From Amoebidium appalachense (Eukaryota; Protista; Ichthyosporea): 64,000 nt of DNA. Shown in pieces: positions 1 through 64,000 of this stretch. Under the pieces are notes generated by a model, which worked only from the letters and a program-made list of their open reading frames with translations, did no database searches and was not told the origin of the DNA. The stretch covers positions 1,426,001 through 1,490,000 of the forward strand of contig CAVNZM010000012.1 in NCBI GenBank assembly GCA_963693365.1, given 5' to 3'. The first letter of the stretch is position 1; every line of letters starts with the position of its first letter. A program made the position numbers and the translations under genes.

Positions 1-290
1 TCGGTATCATTTGACACCATATATACTCCCATGTACTACCACATACTGTCACATACTGACTTTCAGAAGCTATCAGAGACTATCGCATGCTATCAGAAAT
101 AATTCATATACAAACAGATACTCTTATACACTACCATATACTCTCATATACTATCACATACCATCAGATACTCTCATATACTATCACATACTATCATATA
201 GTTTCATCTTTTCTTCTATATACTATCATTTTCTATCATAAATAATACTTTATCATATACTTTTTAATACAATCATACACTAACAACACC
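1..290. repeat. Degenerate ATACTATCAT/ATACTCTCAT-type repeat in an intron
   Basis: Recurrent ~11-bp units. Confidence 0.6.
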
Positions 291-306
291 TGTACTACTG
301 TTGCAG

Positions 307-10232
<9,926 letters not shown>

Positions 10233-11949
10233 CCCTTTTAACTCTGTAACGGCAAGGCCTACATTAACATTAGATAATTGTTTTTGATTTAGATTTTTTT
10301 CCCTTGATTAATTTTGATAATGACAATCATGATATTGCAGCTGGTAGCACAACCCCCCCCTTCCCCCCCCCCCCCCCCCCCCCCCCCGACCGACGCACAT
10401 GTCCCCCCCCTTTGTCACACACGCCTCCCCCCCGTTGCACCGAGGTCAAACCACACAAACACACACCGTGCACATTACACACACACACATTTCTCACTTG
10501 GTGTGTGATTGAAACACTCCGACTTGACAATAGAGCATTAATGATGTCCATTTGTTGAGCATGTAGGACACACAACTTAGAAGATCTTGTCATCACGCCT
10601 TTTACTCATGTAACTTATTTATATGGAAATGGTAGTGGCAAATGACTTGGTTAACTAGGTAGCTGTAGTTTAAAATTGATGCAAACCACTGATATTAGTT
10701 CACTAATGCAGCCCACTGGGCGCCTCTGTACTGACTGTGCATGACAGTCAGTTGTAACCTTTGAGGTATAAATAAATAATAGGCACCGACGATTGTCCAG
10801 ACATGATACATGGGATACAACCCCACCCCCCTCCCCGGGGCCCGCCCGGACACGTGTACACCTGAAGGCCGGAAGAGAAAAAAGCACTCTGATTGTAATT
10901 TATTTGGCTGTCCTGTGGATACACATGCAGGTGCCACTGAGAAATGCATGTACGTACACCGGGTGACTTCGTTGGCACACCCATGCAGAAGAGTTACCAC
11001 CATGTTGCCTAGGCCAGACAGCTGGTGTCGAAGGGATCCTTACTGACCATGTGTTTCTTAGACAAAAAGTTCAAAAGATACTAACCCGAGCCCTTGGAAC
11101 TTGACCCTTACATGTGCAAGTGCGGGCCGCTCACGATCATATCGGTTTTATGTGGTCTCCGGGCACTTTCCCCATCAACACTTAATAGAATGTATGATGT
11201 GACCACATGAGCGCAGTTACGTATACGGTAACAAGGAGCCACCACTGCCTACCAGTTGCATAGCTGGAAAATATATATTCATACTACCAATATTTATGTT
11301 TTGGCAAATGGAGTTTAGCAGATGCTAACCCCATGTAATCCTTCGAACACTCGGATCTTCTAGTTATCTGGGTGCACTGGCCATGGGTGAAGTTGGTTGT
11401 GCACCATGGTTCGAAAATTTGAAACTTTGCTGTGCAACCAGTCAAAACGCTTTAGTGGTGCTCTGTAAACCAATCAGCTCGTGCGTGCATAACGGCTGGA
11501 ACAAACTTGTCAAACACACACCGTGAGTTTACAGAAGAAGCATGATAGACGTACTGATTAGGTGACAGCAATACAAAGAGCCTCTATTGCAGTCAGTAGA
11601 GTGTGCTTCAAGAGCGTAAAATGTTATCATTATAGATAAAGGGACAAGTCACAATAAGTTATGCTGGGATGGAGCCCTCTTGACAAAGGCTTGAATGAAG
11701 TGCCACGAGTTCTTGCTGATAAAGAATATGACTTGCACATGTTTATCAATTCACCTTCCTTGAGTTTTTTTAATAGTAACTGGTGCTTTGGGATCCCTGA
11801 ATACGTTAATTTACGCTGTAGGATCTGAATGCCCACCATCCTGCCATAAGCGCTGGTTGGAACGTGAATTTCACGCTCCGCATGCCTGTTTTTTAATTGT
11901 TGGGAGAAGATAACTCTCTGTAACAGGAGGAAAAAAGAGGCCCAGCAAC

Positions 11950-46958
<35,009 letters not shown>

Positions 46959-48155
46959 AACCATCCTTTTTTTTGATTTTTTTTGTGGTGGTGGGTGGGG
47001 GGGAGGGGGAGGGGGGAACAAGAAACCGCTTTAAGCGGATTGGCAGTGAGAATCATTTTAGTGGCACAGCGGAGGAGTGGGGCTATGGGCTGTTAGGCGG
47101 GTAGGGAGATGATGTAAGAGCTCTCCATATTACACAGCAATCGTTGGATGCATTAATTGTTTACGTGTGTGTCTTCGGCCGTCGGGCGGTGTGTGGGCAT
47201 GGGTGTGTGTGGGTGTATGCTTGTCCTTCTGTGTGTGTGTGCTTGTTTTGTGTTGCTCAAGCGCTGTGCGTGCTATGTTTTATACAATTTAGATGATGAG
47301 AGAGTTTTTTTGCGCCGCGGGGGGGGGGGGGGGGGGGGAGGTTAAAGACGAATGTTGGGGGTTTTGGCGGGCACAATGTGAATGAGTATTCATAGGAGCA
47401 TATAGGCAGGTTGGCATGTTGGCACAGTAAACCGTCCTTAATGGGCTTTTGCTTTCGAACAAGGCTTATCGAATGATGCAAATTAGAGGGTAGGGGGATT
47501 CATGACCAAATTTTCGTGTTTTTAATCCACATGAATCCCGAAAAGCCAGTATGTAGGCCTATGCACAATTTAGAGGTGGGGATACATTTATCTGACCTGT
47601 ATGCGCTGTACATTATTGTAAATTCAACGAAACTTAGATATATTACGTGCTATTTTAACGAATTTTAGATACATGACATGCACATGTAATGTTATATATG
47701 CCCAGTGCAGCCACATGGGGGCGTGTGCACGACCAACTTCATTGCAAACTCATTTTGATGAGATAAAAGTTCTAATGTGATGCACATGACAACACACAAC
47801 AGCCAACTCGGAAATAAATTGAAAATATCATGCCAAAGTGATACAAGGAGCGAATGATTGTTAGTGCTTCATGCAAATGTGTGCTTAGAATACGCCTATA
47901 CAAAATCAAATCTACTGTGCGATTGGATATATGGATTTATAACTCACACAAATCATCGTATCTCTGCCAATGTGGGTGCTGTTGGTGTCCACACGAATTT
48001 AGAAAGCCGCGGCAGCTGCGGGGACAGCAGGGGGGAAGGGGGTGGCGGTGGGGAAGGGGGGGAGGCTCCTACACAGCAGCCAAAAAAAAATGGGATTGCA
48101 CCTGGAAAAAAAAAAAAAAAAAAACGAGGACAAATGCAAAAGGGGGGAGGGAGGC

Positions 48156-48217
<62 letters not shown>

Positions 48218-48310
48218 AGAAGATCGACATGCACAGATGCACACGCACTGTGACATATACACAATCGCATTTACCCAGATTGTACACATGACAACAAACC
48301 CTGCATGACC

Positions 48311-48358
<48 letters not shown>

Positions 48359-48368
48359 ACACACACAC

Positions 48369-48407
<39 letters not shown>

Positions 48408-49363
48408 CGCCGGGGCCAAAAAGACAAAAGAAGAAAAGAAAGAAAATGCACACACATCCCCACAAACTTCCGCAACCCCCTAGATAGAGATCGAAGTTAG
48501 CCTGACATCTTGTGTACGATTCCCTTCCGTACTTGTTCTTTTCTTTCAGTAAGTTTTTCCTAGGCCTTTCCTTTCCTTTTTTCTTTTCTTTTCCATTTTT
48601 TGCACATGCATGTGTGTGTACGGCTGCTGTTTGGCCAACCGGCTCCAACCAATTGAACTTGCAGAAACCTGGGCATGTCTCTGAATGTAATACGAGTTAC
48701 ATAAGCCGGAGTGGCACATATATATGTACGAATGGGCTTTTAGATTCGAGTTATTGAACTGGTGTCGAGCTATTGTTTTATTGGGTAAAGAAGAGTATAG
48801 TCTTTCTCTTGTTGATGGGTAGGGAAAACACTACAACTTATGATTCGTTAAATATCATGCTTACATACGTACAAGTAAGGAGCACTTATATACAGCCTCA
48901 AGCGTTGCTCAGATATCCAGCTGTATATACTGTACACCAACAATAATAACAGGCGATAATGAACATAGCATGACATTATGCAGAAAGAATAACCCAGCTA
49001 GGGGCAAGTTAACCAATCGGGTTGAGATTTTAGTTCCTGTATTCATACAGCAATCTCATAGCCCATTGTGCATGTATTTGTGTTTGTGTTCGTGTGTTTG
49101 TGTGCGTGCTTGCATGTGCATAAGTGTGTGTGTTGGGGGGGGGGGGGGGGGGGGGGGGGTGCACGTGTGTGTGTGTGTGGTTCGAGCGTGTTTGCATGTG
49201 TGTGTGCGCGCGCAGGGTGTGTGAGTAGGCGCGCGTGTACATGTCCATTGGTCGGATCCTAGACCTTCCACCCTATTCCTCTACCTTTCCCTACATATAC
49301 ACAATCCCCGACATAGTGCTATACTTTCAGTTCAATCCCTTTCCCCAATAAGTTGCACAACCC

Positions 49364-53893
<4,530 letters not shown>

Positions 53894-55175
53894 TTATATC
53901 AGTTCTCAAAGGTGGTTACCCTTTTCAAATTGAATGTAACCCAAGCTTTAAGTGTATTAAATAAGCTTGGAGAAGAAGTCTCAGCGACTAGTTGTGCGTC
54001 AACTAAAACATATGGAAAAAAGAAGCTCATGTTGAATCAAGAAAAACGATTGTCTAACCTGAATTCATAGTTGTGAATTTTTTTCCTTTGTTTACTATGT
54101 AGAAGACTTCTTCAACTTAATTCACGTGCACATCAAACTTCCATGTGCACGTGAGAAAACTGAGTAATTTTCTTTTTGTGTTCTTTCTAAAACTTGTACG
54201 CGCGAAGTGCCTGTCACAAAAGTCCGAAAAAAACGAAAAATGAATGTGTGCTGATGGGGCGTTTTTTCTGGCGAAAGAGTACCTCATGTAAACGAAAGGT
54301 TCCTTTCCTTTGTTTCCAAGGGGGTGAGGAATGCCGTTCAATCTACCCCCAGCCGCGGCCCACCTAGCCGCTGAGCGAATCAGCGATTCTCTAGTTGCGA
54401 TTCATTGGTTAATAATCACGTAGATAATTTGTCTTTTTCGAACTGACACCTTATTTGTACATATTTTTGCTATATTTGGTACACTTGCATAATCAACGTG
54501 CATGTTATTGTTCAAGCTATTCAAGTTGGACCATGGGACCTACACAAACCCACCAGCCCTTTGCGTAAAAGCCGCACGAGAGGCTCGTTACTGGAGCGCC
54601 TCACAGCACCTGCCAGTGGCATGCAGACACTTCTGGGCTTGTCAGAAAACATCACACACACGTGCAAGCACACATCCGCGTACGTTTTGTGTTTGTTCTT
54701 CAGTGTGCCGACGACGCAAAGGTGTTAGATCTAATTAGGATTCAGTCCAGCCACTGAAGCGGTTAACATTCACGTACTCTCCTCAAGTTGTACCGTGTCA
54801 CAAAAAACAGAAATACACTCGGTTAACATTGGCACTACGCAGAATTAAGCGTAGTTTTTGAGATTATTTTGCTGCTGCGTTTCTGTACGTTGTAATAAGG
54901 TTCGACGTCGACCTTATAAGGCTTAATGGTATACAAGTGACCACTTCTGCATTATATCAAGTTCAAATTAGAGTCTACGGTAACGCACACCTCGGTTAAC
55001 TATCGGAAACGTCATTACACTCGCGAAAACCCATTAAGACAACAAGAAATTGAAACAAAGGTTTGAACGAGTGTGAAAAGGTTTTATAAAAGAGTACAAA
55101 CCAAAGGCATTGATTCCCTCGTGAGGGTAAACAATACTTCGTGTATGGCTTAAATAGTAGAGATAGAAACTGTAA

Positions 55176-62343
<7,168 letters not shown>

Positions 62344-63464
62344 TGTATGGTTCAAATTAGTAGTATTGAACGATTACCGATAGTTTGAAGAATTCCTGCA
62401 ACTCGGGAGATTTGGCCCCAAGGTATATATGCATGTATGACTGTGTGTCAGTGAAACCATGTTTGCATAAAAGAATCCTGTTTCTGTAGTGGAGTTTCAA
62501 TGAACATGTAGCTGATGATTCGGTGCAAGTTGCCAGTAACAATCATATCATCGTTGCTTTTCAAGGTAAACTTTACTGTGGGCAATGAGTAGCGCGAGAC
62601 CCCAAAGTTACCAACATAAATTTCTAACACAGTTGTGAAAATATAATACACTGTGTTGCGTTAATTCTTAGAAGTAATTGACATGCCGCCTCTCCCCCCC
62701 CTCCCCCCCCCCCCCCCCTCCCCCCGGCCCTCCCCCCCCCCCCCCCCCCCCCCAAAGCCCTGTCTATGGACTAGGTGTTGCATGCATGAAGACTTTGCTA
62801 AGTGGCGTACCCTCCTCTCCTGTCCCCCCTCGACCCCTATGCCCCGGTCCCCCCTGCCCATCCTCCCCCGGGGCTCCCACCCGGTTCCAAGCCTACTCAA
62901 TACTAATGATCATAATGAGAGCCCCCTCCCTCCCTCCACGGCCACCGCCCGAGTCCTCCTCCTCCTCCTCCCCCCTCCCTCCCCACCCCCCCACACCTAT
63001 TGACTGCAGGCCTCTCACTTCATGGTGGCCGGATTTTCTAGCGCAGGTGAGACGGCTGTAAATTTAGACTTGCCCAAAACTCAAAAACAGACACGGAATT
63101 GAGGGGCCCAAGTTGGAGTGTTTTTTTTTTTTTTTTTAATTTTTAATTTTTAATACTATTTTTTTTGGGGGGGGGAGGGGGGAGGGGGGGGCTGGGGGCA
63201 GGGAGGGGGGGGGAGCAGGGAGGAGGGGGAGGGGGGGGCTGGGGGCAGGGAGGGGGGGGGGAGCAGGGGAAGGAGGGGGAGGGGGGGAGAGAGAGAAGGA
63301 GGGGAGGGGAGGGGAGGGGGGAAGGGGGGGGAGTGTAAACTCGCGCCGTTCGCGTGCTCGCTTACATACAGATCCACTCTGTATTCGCTATGTACTTGAT
63401 CACTCGAATGGAACAAAAGTCGCATGATGGATCAACCATCAGCGCGCGTACCTTTTGGCCTAGC

Positions 63465-63527
63465 AAAATGATTGTGTTGGAGCTAGGACTCGTGGGACGG
63501 TGCACGAAGCAAGCAATCCCCCCCGGA

Positions 63528-63592
<65 letters not shown>

Positions 63593-63779
63593 CACCCTTC
63601 CCCCTCCCCCCTCCCCACCATCTCCCCGGCTCAATTCCGAAGGGGGGGCTTGAAATGATTTTGTTGGAGCTAGGACTCGTGGGACGGTACACGAAGCAAG
63701 CAATCCCCCCCGGATCCCCCCCCCCCAAACAACATCCCTCCCCATCCCCCATCCCCACCATCTCCCCGGCTCAATTCCC
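63465..63779. repeat. Tandem duplication with poly(C) spacer
   Basis: AAATGATT.TGTTGGAGCTAGGACTCGTGGGACGGT.CACGAAGCAAGCAATCCCCCC...CCACCATCTCCCCGGCTCAATTCC occurs twice. Confidence 0.85.
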
Positions 63780-64000
63780 CGGATGGTCTTTCAGAAACCG
63801 TTCAAGAAGTTTCGGAAGCTCCGAAACAATTTTTCGGAAAATCGAGCTTTGCTACGTTATCGATATACTGTGGGCCCCAGTGCCACCGATTCTACTGCAC
63901 TTTTGGGTGTTTCTAAGGACACCAAAAAAAAAACAACGTGCACCAGGATCTCCCTGCTGCCTTTCCCCCCTCCTTCTCTCTCTCTATTTCTCTCTCTTCC

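Noticed and set aside
10600-11940. Possible gene or element in the high-complexity intergenic region
   Set aside because: No convincing ORF, exon chain, RNA gene or terminal repeats were recognised; probably UTR or promoter sequence.

Overview
Intron-rich eukaryotic genomic DNA whose introns are saturated with poly(C)/poly(G), poly(A)/poly(T) and (CA)n/(TG)n tracts. Nearly all of the supplied ORF track is low-complexity noise, so genes were rebuilt by hand from GT-AG exons. The window holds: (1) the 3' part of a bacterial-type uridine/nucleoside kinase-like gene (+, 307-10232, 11 exons seen, one apparent +1 G in a homopolymer); (2) a ~45-exon KIF21-like kinesin-4 with motor, coiled coil and WD40 tail (+, 11950-46958), with a 5'-truncated antisense LINE in one intron; (3) two paralogous cAMP-receptor/GCR1-like 7TM GPCR genes head-to-head (- 49364-53893, + 55176-62343); (4) a young-looking but internally decayed Ty3/Gypsy-type LTR element (57871-61451) in intron 3 of the + GPCR; (5) four TTAA-bounded MITE-like elements. 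The most unusual signals are in the introns: tandem repeats seeded repeatedly from exon-intron junctions, and weak splice signals combined with complementary C/G and CA/TG tracts at opposite intron ends. Gene content fits a unicellular opisthokont, which is inference only. All alignments and family assignments were made by eye, without database searches.
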